NCBI GenBank assembly: GCA_963803975.1
Contig: CAWDOY010000014.1
Coordinates: 159,882 to 223,881 of the forward strand
Length of the DNA stretch: 64,000 nucleotides
Direction: 5' to 3'
DNA from: an uncultured delta proteobacterium
GTDB lineage: Bacteria; Desulfobacterota; WTBG01; CAIYCZ01
Shown: positions 33,536 through 44,311 of the stretch, piece by piece
Layout: every line of letters starts with the position of its first letter
Position numbering within the stretch: the stretch's first letter is position 1
Translations under genes and position numbers: made by a program
Notes under the pieces: generated by a model
Databases searched by the model: none
What the model saw: only the letters and a program-made list of their open reading frames with translations
Told to the model about the DNA's origin: nothing

Positions 33536-34723
33536 TTAGGCTTTATTGGGTGCTGGGTATCCGCGGGCCGCCAGCAACTCTTCATAAAGGGCTTCCTGCT
33601 GCTGCATCATTTTTTTAATGTCAAACTCCGCAACTATTTTAGCTCCCTGTTGCCCCATGTTGCGAGTCTCAAAAGGGTTTTCTAATAAAAAGATAATCTT
33701 CTGAGCCATTCCCGGCAGATCCCCAGCGGGAAGCAGAAAGCCATTTACGCCATCCATAATTGCTTCTGGTGCGCCGTCTACCCTGGTTGCAACAATAGGG
33801 ACTCCGGCCGCCATTGCCTGCGGGAAGACCCGGGGCAGGCCTTCCCACCGAGAAGTGAGAACTAAAACATCAATCGCCTGGAGCAAGTGAGCGATGTCCT
33901 GTCGCCATCCCAAAAGGTGCACGCGCTGCTGCAGGTGTCTTTTCTCTATCTCCCGTTCAACTGCTTCACGCAGCACCCCGTCACCCACCAGCAGGTAGTG
34001 TGCCTCAGGAAGAGCTTTACTCACAAGATCACAAACCTTAATAAAATCAAGCGGTGCTTTCTGTGGCTTGAGGCAGGCAATCATGGCAACAACAGGAACT
34101 GCAGGGGAGAGGCTAAGCCCCGCACGTACTTCGCCTTTCGAGATCTGCGGGCGTTGGAAATGAGGGATATCAATACCGCTGCGAATAACCACCGCATTAT
34201 CGGGAGAGAAAAGATGCAGCACGCACCCTTGCTCCTTATTTGCTTTGGAAACCGTAATAAACTTGGTAGTGATGCGGGAGGTGAGCTTCTCAACGGAAAT
34301 AAAAATTTTTCGTATCCACCCGGGCTGATGATCATGGAATCCGAAACCATGAATTGAATGTACTATTATGTGAATGGCTGAGCAGCGGGCAGCCCACCTT
34401 CCCAGAATGCCGGCTTTGGAACTGTGGGTATGGACAATAACGGGAGCGGCTACCGGGTGTGTGGCCTTGATGGCTTTTAACATACGGCACAGCTGAAAAA
34501 AGGCTTTTAAATCCTGTAGCGGCCTGATTTCACGAACCAGATTCTTTGCCACCAGGGTATTTCCCCATGACAGCGCCTTCTCATAGAGTTCACCGCCAGG
34601 GCCGGTAATAAGATAGACCTGAAATTTATTCGGATTCAGATGGGATACTGTGTGGAGAGTGTTTTGCTGAGCACCCCCAAGTTCCATTTTTGTTATAATA
34701 TGGACAACCTTAACTTTATTCAT
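33536..34723 (-). CDS. Glycosyltransferase family 4
   Basis: GGAQ, HTHSSKAG and EGLPRVFPQAMAAG. Start taken at MNKVKVVHII. Confidence 0.92.
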   Translation of the reverse strand: MNKVKVVHIITKMELGGAQQNTLHTVSHLNPNKFQVYLITGPGGELYEKALSWGNTLVAKNLVREIRPLQDLKAFFQLCRMLKAIKATHPVAAPVIVHTHSSKAGILGRWAARCSAIHIIVHSIHGFGFHDHQPGWIRKIFISVEKLTSRITTKFITVSKANKEQGCVLHLFSPDNAVVIRSGIDIPHFQRPQISKGEVRAGLSLSPAVPVVAMIACLKPQKAPLDFIKVCDLVSKALPEAHYLLVGDGVLREAVEREIEKRHLQQRVHLLGWRQDIAHLLQAIDVLVLTSRWEGLPRVFPQAMAAGVPIVATRVDGAPEAIMDGVNGFLLPAGDLPGMAQKIIFLLENPFETRNMGQQGAKIVAEFDIKKMMQQQEALYEELLAARGYPAPNKA

Positions 34724-34816
34724 GAAGTTTGTGGCTGTTTGTGGTTTAGTGTTGAGGGGTACATCAATCAAGCCTTAATTAGGAATCACGTATACGGAAT
34801 ATTGACCGTACCTCCT

Positions 34817-35815
34817 TTATAATGACATATCTACCTGTTTTAAAAAGAACGCTGCACACACACCCAAAAACAGTATGAGGGCCAGGATCCCCAGAGCAAA
34901 AAGATTTGAAGGTACTGATAACATGGCAATACCTGATAGCCCCAGCACAAGGCTCGCCCCATAACTCAGGATGACCGTCTGTTTAGTGGAAAGCCGCCAC
35001 TTTCTTAAGCGCAGGGCAAAGTGATCAGGACTTCCGTAGAGAATGGGCAGTCCCCGCAGCCAGCGGACATAGATTACAAAGAGCGTATCAAAAAGAGGAA
35101 TACCCAAAATAATGACTGGCACTATGCAGGCAACCACATTTTCTTGCGTATAGGATCCAATCATTGACAGAGCCCCCAGGAGTAAACCAATGAACAAGCT
35201 TCCCGTATCCCCCAGATAGATTTTCGCTGGTTCAAAGTTATATTTGAGAAATCCGAGCAGTGCGCCGGCAAGGGCAAGAGTAAGGATAGCTATCAACGTA
35301 TGCTGGTTTATTATGGCGACAACAAAAAGAATAAAGGATGCCACACAGCCAATACCGACAGCAAGACCATCCATAACATCTATAAGATTGAAAGCATTGG
35401 TCGTCGCCATGAGCCAGCAAAAGGAGAGGACCAGGCAGAACCAGTGAGGCAGAAAAACCAGTTTTATGTAAACACCCGACTTAATTAACACAAACACGGC
35501 GATCGCCTGCCCAATAAATTTAACCTTTGGTGGCAACACTTTGAAATCATCTACAATGCCCAAAATTACAATAATTGTACCGGAAAGTAAAATACCCAGG
35601 ATTTCCCTGCTGAGCTCAAACGTGAGAGCCAGCGTGAGTAAAAAAGCAAGATAAACGGCAAGGCCGCCAAGATACGCTACCGGCTCCCGCTGCTGCTTTA
35701 ATTTTCCATCAGGTCGATCTACAATATCATACTGGAGTGCACCCTTTTGGACTATTGGTGTAATATATAAAGAGAGCCCAACAGAAAGTATGAACGTAAA
35801 AATATAGAGCATCAT
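34817..35815 (-). CDS. WecA/MraY-family polyprenyl-phosphate sugar-1-phosphate transferase
   Basis: YLGGLA, GIVDD, NAFNLIDVMDGLA and YNFEPAKIYLGDTGS. Confidence 0.92.
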   Translation of the reverse strand: MMLYIFTFILSVGLSLYITPIVQKGALQYDIVDRPDGKLKQQREPVAYLGGLAVYLAFLLTLALTFELSREILGILLSGTIIVILGIVDDFKVLPPKVKFIGQAIAVFVLIKSGVYIKLVFLPHWFCLVLSFCWLMATTNAFNLIDVMDGLAVGIGCVASFILFVVAIINQHTLIAILTLALAGALLGFLKYNFEPAKIYLGDTGSLFIGLLLGALSMIGSYTQENVVACIVPVIILGIPLFDTLFVIYVRWLRGLPILYGSPDHFALRLRKWRLSTKQTVILSYGASLVLGLSGIAMLSVPSNLFALGILALILFLGVCAAFFLKQVDMSL

Positions 35816-35911
35816 AATCGCAGCTAAAAGATCCCTTCTGCCGTTGCTATAACTGCTGCAGGCATGGTGCAGGTTTTTTTCGCGCATTCAGGTTGTCGGA
35901 AGTGCGCGCGG

Positions 35912-37054
35912 CTAAGCATCTTTGTTTTTTTTAATAAGGAGTTCCTGATAGAGATGCACGGTCGCCTGCACGGTTTTTTTTAATTGGAAATTTTTCATCA
36001 CGTGTTCGCGGGCTGCGTCACCCATGTTCCGGGCCAGCTCTCGATTGGTTATGAGTTTTAGGAGCGCCGCAGCTAACGACCGTGGGTCACCGGGACTGAA
36101 GAGAAGCCCTGTTTTACCATCCACCACCAGCTCATCAATTCCCTCAATTTTTGAAGCCACGACCGGGCGACCGGCGGCCATAGCTTCAAGAACCACATGG
36201 GGCATCCCCTCCCAGAGAGAGGGCAGAACGAGTATGTCGATATGCGGTAAAATCTGCGCGGCATTCTCTACGAGGCCCAAAAAACGGACCTGATCTCCAA
36301 GCCCCATATCCGCAGTGATTTTTCTTAAGTATGCTGCTTCCCCGCCCTCTCCGCAAAAGAGCACTCGCGTCCGGGGAGCCTCCGGTAAAATAAGGGGTAA
36401 AGCCTTAAGTAATATACGGTGTCCCTTTTGGTTATGCAACCTGCCAATTAAGGCAAGCACGATATCATTTTCATCCAGCGACACGGCGCTGCGGGAAAAA
36501 GTTGTTTCCCGACAGGGCTCATGGCAGTCAATGCCATTATATACCGTAATAATTTTTTGAGGAGAAACTTTAGAATGTTGTATGGTGTACGTGCGCGCTG
36601 CATCTGAAACAGCTATGTAGGTGTCGGCTAATGATGCGGTCAAGCGGTCAAGAGCGTTTTTAAGAAACGCGCGGGTTTCAATTACTCTCACTGAAGATAT
36701 GATTACCGGGACCCCCGCTATGCGCCCAGCAATCCGTCCTAAGATATTGGCCCTGAACAAAAAGCAATGAATTATTGAAGGAGAAATTCTGCGAATCAGC
36801 CGTATAAGGTGCAGTACGCCAGGGAAAAAATTAATCAGGGCGGCTACACGTCCGTCTTCTGCAAGGTTGAGAGTAAAAAATCCATCTGCTTCTGCAGCAA
36901 GTGCGCGCGCAAACGCCCCCGGCTTCTTAACGGAACAAACATAGACGGAAAACTCCCGCCGGTCAATAGTTCTTATGAGCTGTAGCAGGGCTTTCTCCGC
37001 CCCGCCGATATTGGTACTGGTAATAAGATAGAAAACAGCAACGGGAGCATTCAT
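35912..37054 (-). CDS. Glycosyltransferase family 4
   Basis: GGAEK, YNGID, QKGH and EGMPHVVLEAMAAG. Confidence 0.92.
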   Translation of the reverse strand: MNAPVAVFYLITSTNIGGAEKALLQLIRTIDRREFSVYVCSVKKPGAFARALAAEADGFFTLNLAEDGRVAALINFFPGVLHLIRLIRRISPSIIHCFLFRANILGRIAGRIAGVPVIISSVRVIETRAFLKNALDRLTASLADTYIAVSDAARTYTIQHSKVSPQKIITVYNGIDCHEPCRETTFSRSAVSLDENDIVLALIGRLHNQKGHRILLKALPLILPEAPRTRVLFCGEGGEAAYLRKITADMGLGDQVRFLGLVENAAQILPHIDILVLPSLWEGMPHVVLEAMAAGRPVVASKIEGIDELVVDGKTGLLFSPGDPRSLAAALLKLITNRELARNMGDAAREHVMKNFQLKKTVQATVHLYQELLIKKNKDA

Positions 37055-37057
37055 GGC

Positions 37058-38968
37058 CTAAATTCCCAACACGCTTGTTTTATCTATAAACATCCGATAC
37101 CATAGTTCCAGGAACAGGAGCGTCCATATTCTGTAGCTGTTATCAGCATGTTTTGCCATATGCTCATCAATAAGAAACTGAACGGCTTCCCGGCGGAAAA
37201 ATCCCCGCTGGATGGTCCTGTTTTCCAACATAATATCGTAGGTAAGATCCTTTAATTCGTTGCGCAGCCACCGGTCAATAGGGACACCAAAGCCCATTTT
37301 TTTTCGGTTAAGAATTTCCCTGGGAAGCAGGGGAGAAAAAGCCCTTTTGAGAAGATATTTTGATTGCAGCCCCTTGAGTTTTAATTCCGGTGGCAGAGAA
37401 GCGGCAAACTCCATGACTTTGTGATCTAAAAAGGGAGAGCGCGCTTCAAGGGAATTTGCCATGGAAGCGATGTCGACCTTCACCAGAAGGTCATCAGGAA
37501 GATAAGACATAACATCTACAAACAGTGTTTTATCCAAAAAGTTCGATGCATCAGATTGCGCATACCGGTTGACAACTAAATTCACAGAATCGATGGAAGC
37601 CATGCTCTCGCTAAAAGCGGGGGTATAGAGATCCTGTTTCATTTCATTATCAAAAGCACAGACCCAGCGCACATAGCGGCGCTCGGCTTTATCTGCGATG
37701 CCATGTACGAAGCGCTTAAGCCTGCGCAAGAAGCTGCGGCGGTCTTCTTGATGCGGCAATAACGACAATGATTTTTTAATAAATTTTTCTCGCATGAAAA
37801 AAGGTATCTTTTCATAATATCCCGCCAGTTTATCTGCGATATAGCGCTCATAACCGGCAAAGGATTCATCTCCCCCATCGCCGTTAAGGGCAACCGTTAC
37901 ATGCTCGCGGGTAAGCTTTGACACGTAATATGTTGGTATTGCTGATGAGTCGGCAAATGGTTCATTATAGTGCCATACCAGTTTTGGTAAAATGCTCAGG
38001 GCATCAGGCCGGACAATAAATTCCGTATGCTCTGTTTGAAATTTGTTTGCCACCAGCGCGGCATAATTTGTTTCATTATATTCAGGCTCATCAAAGCCAA
38101 TGGAAAACGTTTTTACCGGTCGATTAGCAAGCTGACTCATAACCGCAACGGTCGCACTGGAATCAAGACCGCCACTTAAAAATGCTCCCAAGGGAACATC
38201 GCTTCTGAGGCGTATTTTAACTGCCTCGGTAAAAACCTCCATGAAGTTCTCGGTGTAATCGTTTATATGAGGATGCTGTAGCTTAGCGGCAAAGGACAGA
38301 TACCAGTATGCCTTGGTAGTGATTTCCCCGCGCTCGACAGTGAGGTAGTGTGCAGGGGGAAGCTTATACATTCCCTGGAACATGGTCCATGGGCCCGGGA
38401 CATATTGGTACGTCAGGTAATGATGGAGCGCTTCACAATCAACCTGGGTGGCTATGGATGAATCCTGCAGGAGCGATTTTATTTCAGAGGCAAAAATGAG
38501 AGCACCATCAGAAACAGTATACACGAGCGGCTTTTTCCCCACTCTATCACGGGCTATAAAAAGTCGCTGTTTTCGTCTATCCCATATGGCAAAGGCAAAC
38601 ATTCCACGCAGTTTGTTAAGACAGCGGGTGTCCTCCTCCTCATACAGATGAATAATGGTTTCTGTATCAGTGTGGGAGGTGAATCGATGTCCCTTATTTT
38701 CAAGCTCTTTGCGCAGTTCAGCAAAATTATAGATCTCTCCATTAAAAACAATCCAGATAGATCCATCTTCATTAGACATGGGCTGATGGCCCGCTGTTGA
38801 AGTATCAATGATACTCAATCGCTGATGACCAAGACCTACCGGGCCAGCCACATAAATTCCATGATCATCAGGTCCCCGGTGCTGCAGCACTGATGACATG
38901 CTGGAAATTACTGCGCCATCAACCTGCCGCGCTGAGTCGAAATATATTTTTCCGCAAATTCCACACAT
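37058..38968 (-). CDS. asnB: Asparagine synthase (glutamine-hydrolysing) family amidotransferase, probably glycan-modifying
   Basis: MCGI, HRGPD, RLSIID, LSGGLDSS, GDGGDE and EARSPFLD. First gene of a glycosyltransferase cluster. Confidence 0.93.
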   Translation of the reverse strand: MCGICGKIYFDSARQVDGAVISSMSSVLQHRGPDDHGIYVAGPVGLGHQRLSIIDTSTAGHQPMSNEDGSIWIVFNGEIYNFAELRKELENKGHRFTSHTDTETIIHLYEEEDTRCLNKLRGMFAFAIWDRRKQRLFIARDRVGKKPLVYTVSDGALIFASEIKSLLQDSSIATQVDCEALHHYLTYQYVPGPWTMFQGMYKLPPAHYLTVERGEITTKAYWYLSFAAKLQHPHINDYTENFMEVFTEAVKIRLRSDVPLGAFLSGGLDSSATVAVMSQLANRPVKTFSIGFDEPEYNETNYAALVANKFQTEHTEFIVRPDALSILPKLVWHYNEPFADSSAIPTYYVSKLTREHVTVALNGDGGDESFAGYERYIADKLAGYYEKIPFFMREKFIKKSLSLLPHQEDRRSFLRRLKRFVHGIADKAERRYVRWVCAFDNEMKQDLYTPAFSESMASIDSVNLVVNRYAQSDASNFLDKTLFVDVMSYLPDDLLVKVDIASMANSLEARSPFLDHKVMEFAASLPPELKLKGLQSKYLLKRAFSPLLPREILNRKKMGFGVPIDRWLRNELKDLTYDIMLENRTIQRGFFRREAVQFLIDEHMAKHADNSYRIWTLLFLELWYRMFIDKTSVLGI

Positions 38969-39153
38969 GATGCTTTAAGCATTGCCCTGGTTACATACGA
39001 GCCCCTTTGAATACCTTCTGCCCCGCATTCAATAACTGTTCGGAATAACACAACAATCTTTTGATGTTTATTTCATGCCTGGTTATTACTTTAATGTCAA
39101 TTTCACCTATGCTATGTTTATTAAAGTTTAAAAATAATGAGCAGGAGATAACC

Positions 39154-39870
39154 ATGTCTGATATACATAGTCCATATGATGCGGAGAGAAGCACGACAGG
39201 GATTCTGTATGTGGTTTCTACTCCTATTGGTAATTTGGAAGATATCACCTTGAGAGCTTTGAGAGTTTTAAAAGAAGCAGACCTTATCTGCGCAGAAGAT
39301 ACCCGCAAAACACGAATTCTTTTAAATCATTATAATATTCAGACTGCTTTAACAAGTTATTTTGAGCACAATGAGAAGCGCAAGACACCATTTATTATCG
39401 AAAAGCTTAAATCAGGAAAAAACATTGCCATAGTTTCTGAAGCAGGAACGCCAGCTATTTCTGATCCTGGCTACCGGCTCATTACTCAGGCATTGCAACA
39501 CGCCATTTCAGTTATACCTGTTCCCGGCCCTTCAGCAGTGATTACAGCCATCAGCATTTCAGGACTTCCATTGCATCGCTTTGCCTTTGAAGGATTTCTT
39601 CCGGTAAAATCAGGTAAGAAGAAAAATTTTTTAAACAAGCTACTAGAGGAAGAAAGAACCCTGGTTTTTTATGAGTCACCACATAGAATTATCAATACCC
39701 TTAGGGATTTAATTGAGGTCATGGGTGACAGGAACGCTGTTTTATGCAGAGAGCTTACTAAAATGCACGAAGAAAAGATATATGGTGAGCTTTCTTTGAT
39801 ATTGAAAAATTTAGAAAAGAGGCCGATAAAAGGAGAAATAACGCTTTTAGTAGAAGGTAAAAAAAGTTAA
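39154..39870 (+). CDS. rsmI: 16S rRNA (cytidine1402-2'-O)-methyltransferase
   Basis: TPIGNLEDIT, AEDTR, SEAGTPAISDPG, YESPHR and RELTKMHEE. AGGAG RBS before 39154. Confidence 0.96.
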   Translation: MSDIHSPYDAERSTTGILYVVSTPIGNLEDITLRALRVLKEADLICAEDTRKTRILLNHYNIQTALTSYFEHNEKRKTPFIIEKLKSGKNIAIVSEAGTPAISDPGYRLITQALQHAISVIPVPGPSAVITAISISGLPLHRFAFEGFLPVKSGKKKNFLNKLLEEERTLVFYESPHRIINTLRDLIEVMGDRNAVLCRELTKMHEEKIYGELSLILKNLEKRPIKGEITLLVEGKKS

Positions 39871-39995
39871 TTACCCCGCAGCAGAGCTGCGAGCCATCTT
39901 CACAATTAATTTTTTAATAGCATTCGTCCCCGCTGTAGAACAGCTGGTTATTATGATTTTTATAAAAATAATATTTTTATGAGGAATACTATATA

Positions 39996-41750
39996 ATGAA
40001 TAAAAATTTATTACTAAAAGGAATCGTTGCTTCGCAGGGCATTGCTATTGGAAAAGTGTTCCTTGTTAATCAAGACCATCTTGAACTTTCCCACTATAAT
40101 ATCGCGACCAATAAAGAAATTGAAAAAGAGATTAATCGTTTTAAAAAAGCGATTGAAGAGTCGCAATCGCAGCTTTTGAGGGCAAAAAAAGATATCAATA
40201 AAAAGAAATTTAAAGAAGCACAATATATCATAGATACCCATATCCTGCTGCTTCAGGATAAAGTATTGATGGACAACACAATAAAAATCATAAAGCACGA
40301 AAAAATTGATGCAGCTCTGGCGCTCAAGAAAACAATAGAGGGATTGAGAACGCACTTGGCAGAGATAAATGATGAATATATGAAGGAAAGAACCAGCGAC
40401 ATTGATTATATAGAGCAGAGACTTTTAAGAAATTTAGCCGGAATAAAAAGAGACATCGTCGCGAAAATCAGAGAAAAAGTTATTATTGTCGCCACTGATT
40501 TATCCCCGGCTGATACTGCAAACCTGAATGTCAACGAAGTGCTCGGATTTACCATTGATTCTGGAGGCAAAACCTCTCATACTGCCATCATGGCAAGAGC
40601 CCTTAAAATACCGGCGGTGGTCGGGTTAAAAGACATCACCCGCAGGGTCAAAACAGGGGATACGATGATTCTCGATGGAATTCATGGGGTGGTAATTATT
40701 AACCCGACAGCGGATACATTGCTGAAATATAACCAGAAGAAAGCAGAATATGATGAGTTTGAAATCGGGCTTCTCAAGCATAAAGATCTCCCCGGAGAAA
40801 CCATAGATGGTTTTAGAGTAAAGCTGATGGCCAATATTGAAATTATGGAAGAGCTTCCATCAGTGCTAACGTATGGAGCCGAAGGGATTGGTCTTTACAG
40901 GACCGAGTTTCTCTATTTGAACAGAAAAGATTTGCCTTCGGAAGCGGAACAATTTGAAATTTATAAAACCGTAAGCCAAAAAATTGCTCCCCACCCGGTT
41001 ACCATACGAACTCTGGATATCGGGGGTGATAAATTTATGTCCCATATTGATGTTGCAGAAGAAATCAACCCGGTTATGGGCCTGCGCGCTATTCGATTTT
41101 GCCTTAAAGAAGTTGCGATATTTAAAACGCAGCTCCGTGCGATCATGCGGTCCAGTGCGTATGGTAAAGTAAAGATCATGTTTCCCATGATTTCAGGGAT
41201 TGAAGAAGTGCGACAGATAAAAATAATTTTGAGTGAAGTAAAAAAAGAATTGCAAGCCGAACACAAGGTCTTTGACCCTGATATTGAAATTGGCATCATG
41301 GTTGAAGTCCCCTCTGCAGCCAGTATTGCTGATATATTGGCCAAGGAGGTAAATTTTTTCAGTATCGGCACCAATGATCTTATTCAATATACCCTGGCAA
41401 TTGACCGAGTCAATGAAAACGTTTCATATCTTTATGAGCCCCTTCATCCAGCGGTATTACGCCTTCTCCGAAACATAATAAACTCGGCCCATGACAATGG
41501 AATACCGGTGGCAATGTGCGGGGAAATGGCTGGAGAGCCTTTTTATATGCCCATTCTGCTCGGGCTCGGGATTGATGAACTGAGCATGAATGTTATGGCA
41601 TTGCCCCGGGTAAAAAGCGTATTGAGGTCACTTGATTATAAACAGAGTCAATTAGTTACAGATAGTATTTTTAAATTAAGTACAGCACAGGAGATAGAAA
41701 CGCTACTTAAAAAGGAGGTAAAAAAACATTTCCCCAGGATTTTTAATTAG
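39996..41750 (+). CDS. ptsI: Phosphoenolpyruvate-protein phosphotransferase (PTS enzyme I)
   Basis: GGKTSHTAI (phospho-His), GIGLYRTEF, RTLDIGGDK, FSIGTNDLIQY and MCGEMA. Confidence 0.96.
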   Translation: MNKNLLLKGIVASQGIAIGKVFLVNQDHLELSHYNIATNKEIEKEINRFKKAIEESQSQLLRAKKDINKKKFKEAQYIIDTHILLLQDKVLMDNTIKIIKHEKIDAALALKKTIEGLRTHLAEINDEYMKERTSDIDYIEQRLLRNLAGIKRDIVAKIREKVIIVATDLSPADTANLNVNEVLGFTIDSGGKTSHTAIMARALKIPAVVGLKDITRRVKTGDTMILDGIHGVVIINPTADTLLKYNQKKAEYDEFEIGLLKHKDLPGETIDGFRVKLMANIEIMEELPSVLTYGAEGIGLYRTEFLYLNRKDLPSEAEQFEIYKTVSQKIAPHPVTIRTLDIGGDKFMSHIDVAEEINPVMGLRAIRFCLKEVAIFKTQLRAIMRSSAYGKVKIMFPMISGIEEVRQIKIILSEVKKELQAEHKVFDPDIEIGIMVEVPSAASIADILAKEVNFFSIGTNDLIQYTLAIDRVNENVSYLYEPLHPAVLRLLRNIINSAHDNGIPVAMCGEMAGEPFYMPILLGLGIDELSMNVMALPRVKSVLRSLDYKQSQLVTDSIFKLSTAQEIETLLKKEVKKHFPRIFN

Positions 41751-41784
41751 ACAAAAAGCTTCCCGTGCATTAAAAATTAACATA

Positions 41785-41812
41785 TTGACATTGCAAGTAA
41801 AATAGTTATAAT
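41785..41812 (+). promoter_or_regulatory. Consensus sigma70 promoter upstream of rpsU
   Basis: TTGACA (41785-41790), 16-nt spacer, TATAAT (41807-41812). Confidence 0.65.
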
Positions 41813-42032
41813 TAAATATTTAGATTGCTATTGAAATTTGGATTAAAATGGGTGCTGTTAATAAAAAGAGCTTATTCAATATATATAATAAGTAAGCTAT
41901 AACTCATAGAAAGGAGAGTGGTTTTAAATATTTTTCTTCAGGTTCTATGGTTTAATACTATTGCCGGCATAGAAAACGTTTTGAAACTGCATCTATCTCT
42001 CCTCAAACTTAAAAAGAGAGGGGGGGAGATGA

Positions 42033-42224
42033 ATGTCAGGCATTAAAATAGGTGAAAATGAACCATTTGAAAGCGCATTAAGACGTTTTAAAAAGAAGTG
42101 CACGAAAGCTGGGATTCTCTCAGAATTACGTAAGCGTCAGTTCTTTGAAAAGCCCAGTATCAAGCGCAAAAAAAAGGCGTTGGCAGCCAGAAAAAGATCT
42201 GTAAAATTGAGTCGTTCTGTCTGA
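42033..42224 (+). CDS. rpsU: 30S ribosomal protein S21
   Basis: [10 protein letters not shown]...FFEKPS; upstream of dnaG-rpoD. Confidence 0.96.
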   Translation: MSGIKIGENEPFESALRRFKKKCTKAGILSELRKRQFFEKPSIKRKKKALAARKRSVKLSRSV

Positions 42225-42276
42225 TAACCGTACTATTGTGGAGACCAAGCGGTCTTATGAAATAATGATCTCAACC

Positions 42277-42312
42277 AAAACAAAAAGGTCCTTCTCTGGA
42301 CCTTTTTGTTTT
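42277..42312. terminator. Intrinsic terminator after rpsU
   Basis: AAAACAAAAAGGTCC-TTCTCT-GGACCTTTTTGTTTT perfect hairpin with A/T tracts on both sides. Confidence 0.75.
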
Positions 42313-42479
42313 AATATATGCTATAAATAAACCTGTTATAGGGGATCATCATTATCTCCTATATGTTTACAGAGGTTTCCAAAAACCGTAAACATTCTTA
42401 AACATTTCTGCCTAATTAATGTCTCTTCTCGCTGCACGTCTGCACTGTTTTTAATTTTCCTATACTTTAGGGATGCATA

Positions 42480-44298
42480 TTGGAAGACCTGTCAATCTTT
42501 ATACCCGACGAAAAAATAACGGAAATAAGAGCATCCTGCAGTCTAATAGAGGTAATCTCCAGCTATGTCAAGCTGACCAAAGCAGGTACTAATTATAAAG
42601 GACTCTGTCCCTTTCATGAGGAGAAAACACCCTCTTTTGTTGTTAGTGAGTCAAAAAAAATTTTTCATTGCTTTGGCTGCGGGGCAAGTGGCGATGTATT
42701 TACGTTTCTTATGAAATATGAGCGGCTGAACTTTCAGAGCGCGGTACGACAGCTTGCAAAACGGCAGGGCATTTCACTTCCCGAAAAAGAACTCTCGCCT
42801 GAGCAGCGCAAACGAATCAGTGAACGAGAAGAATTATTTGCCATAAATAAGATTGCAGCCCAGTTTTACCATGAAATTCTCTTGCATAATCAGCGCGGCA
42901 GAAAAGCGCGGCAATATCTCCAGCAGCGAGGAATTGATAGTGCCTGTATCACCGAGCATTGCCTCGGCTTTGCACCTGAAGGCTGGAACGCCCTGTTACA
43001 GCAGTTAAAAACCGGGAAGCTATCTCTGGCGCATGCACAAAACATAGGCCTGATCATTCCAAAAGAGGCTGGGCACTATTATGACCGATTCAGGGAACGC
43101 ATCATGTTCCCCATTTTTAATATGGCGCACCAGATCATAGGCTTTGGCGGGCGCGTAATAGACGCGGGAGAACCAAAGTATCTTAATTCACCCGAGTCCC
43201 AGCTCTTTAATAAAAGAAACCAGTTATACGGCTTACCGGCTGCGGCAAAACATATTATGCAGCATAATGAGGCAATCATTGTTGAGGGCTATTTTGATTT
43301 TTTGTCGTTATATCAGGCCGGCATCAGGAATGTGGTAGCGCCGCTGGGCACCGCGCTGACCGTGCCGCACATAGTGATACTGAAACGCTACACAGCAAAC
43401 ATTGTTACCGTGTTTGATGCAGATAGCTCCGGCGAGAAAGCTATGATGCGCAGCCTTATGCCATTTTTGGAAAATGGTATTTCACCGCGCATGGTGTTAC
43501 TGCCTTCCGGCCATGATCCTGACAGCTTTGTCCGCCGCCACGGTGCGCAGGCCTTTGCTGATCTGGTGAAAAATGCAATTCCGCTGCTGGATTTTGTTTT
43601 AGACCAAACGATGAAGAAATTCCCGATAGATACTACTCCCGGGAAAATACATGCCAGCGAAGAAGTCATTCCGCTCCTGCAGAACATTACTCATGAGCTG
43701 GAACGCGATCTTTATATACAGAAAGTTGCGCAGGCATTAGGTATCAAGGAATCATATCTGAATGCCAAAGTCGAAAAACAGCATCGAGCCGCGGGACAAC
43801 CTTTTTCGGCCCCGAATAATGCTCCACAGTCCGACGCTGGTTACGGGAGAAAAGGCAGAACGCTTGATTCTGGAGCTCATGCTGCTCCATCCGGATATTA
43901 TAGCAACCGTTGATGAGAATTCATTCCTTGATGAGTTCACCACGCCAGAGCTCAAGGAGTTGGGGCTGTTACTGTGTAGCAGGTATGGTCAAGATGGAAC
44001 TATTACCATAACCGACGTACTGCAGTCGGTCAGGGATGAACACTTGAAGCAGTTTATCACGGAAATATCCTTTAAGGAAAGCTGCGGAGCATCCCCCATG
44101 AAGATACTGGAAGATTGTATTCACCGGATTCGGCTGGGAAAAGTGCGCCAGCAAAGAGAAGATACCAAACGTCTGTTACAAAAAGCTGAGGCATCACATG
44201 ATGAAGCCTCGTGTTCCCAGTTTCAGCGTGCGTATCAACAACTCATAGACGAAGAAAAGCGCATCCAGCGATTCAGGATTACCACATCGGAAAATTAA
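42480..44298 (+). CDS. dnaG: DNA primase; frameshift at about 43800-43850
   Basis: [11 protein letters not shown]...CFGC zinc finger, FGGR, KYLNSPE, VEGYFD, FDADSSG and DPD. The helical C-terminal domain is in a second frame. Confidence 0.96.
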
Positions 44299-44311
44299 TA
44301 AAGGAGATGGT

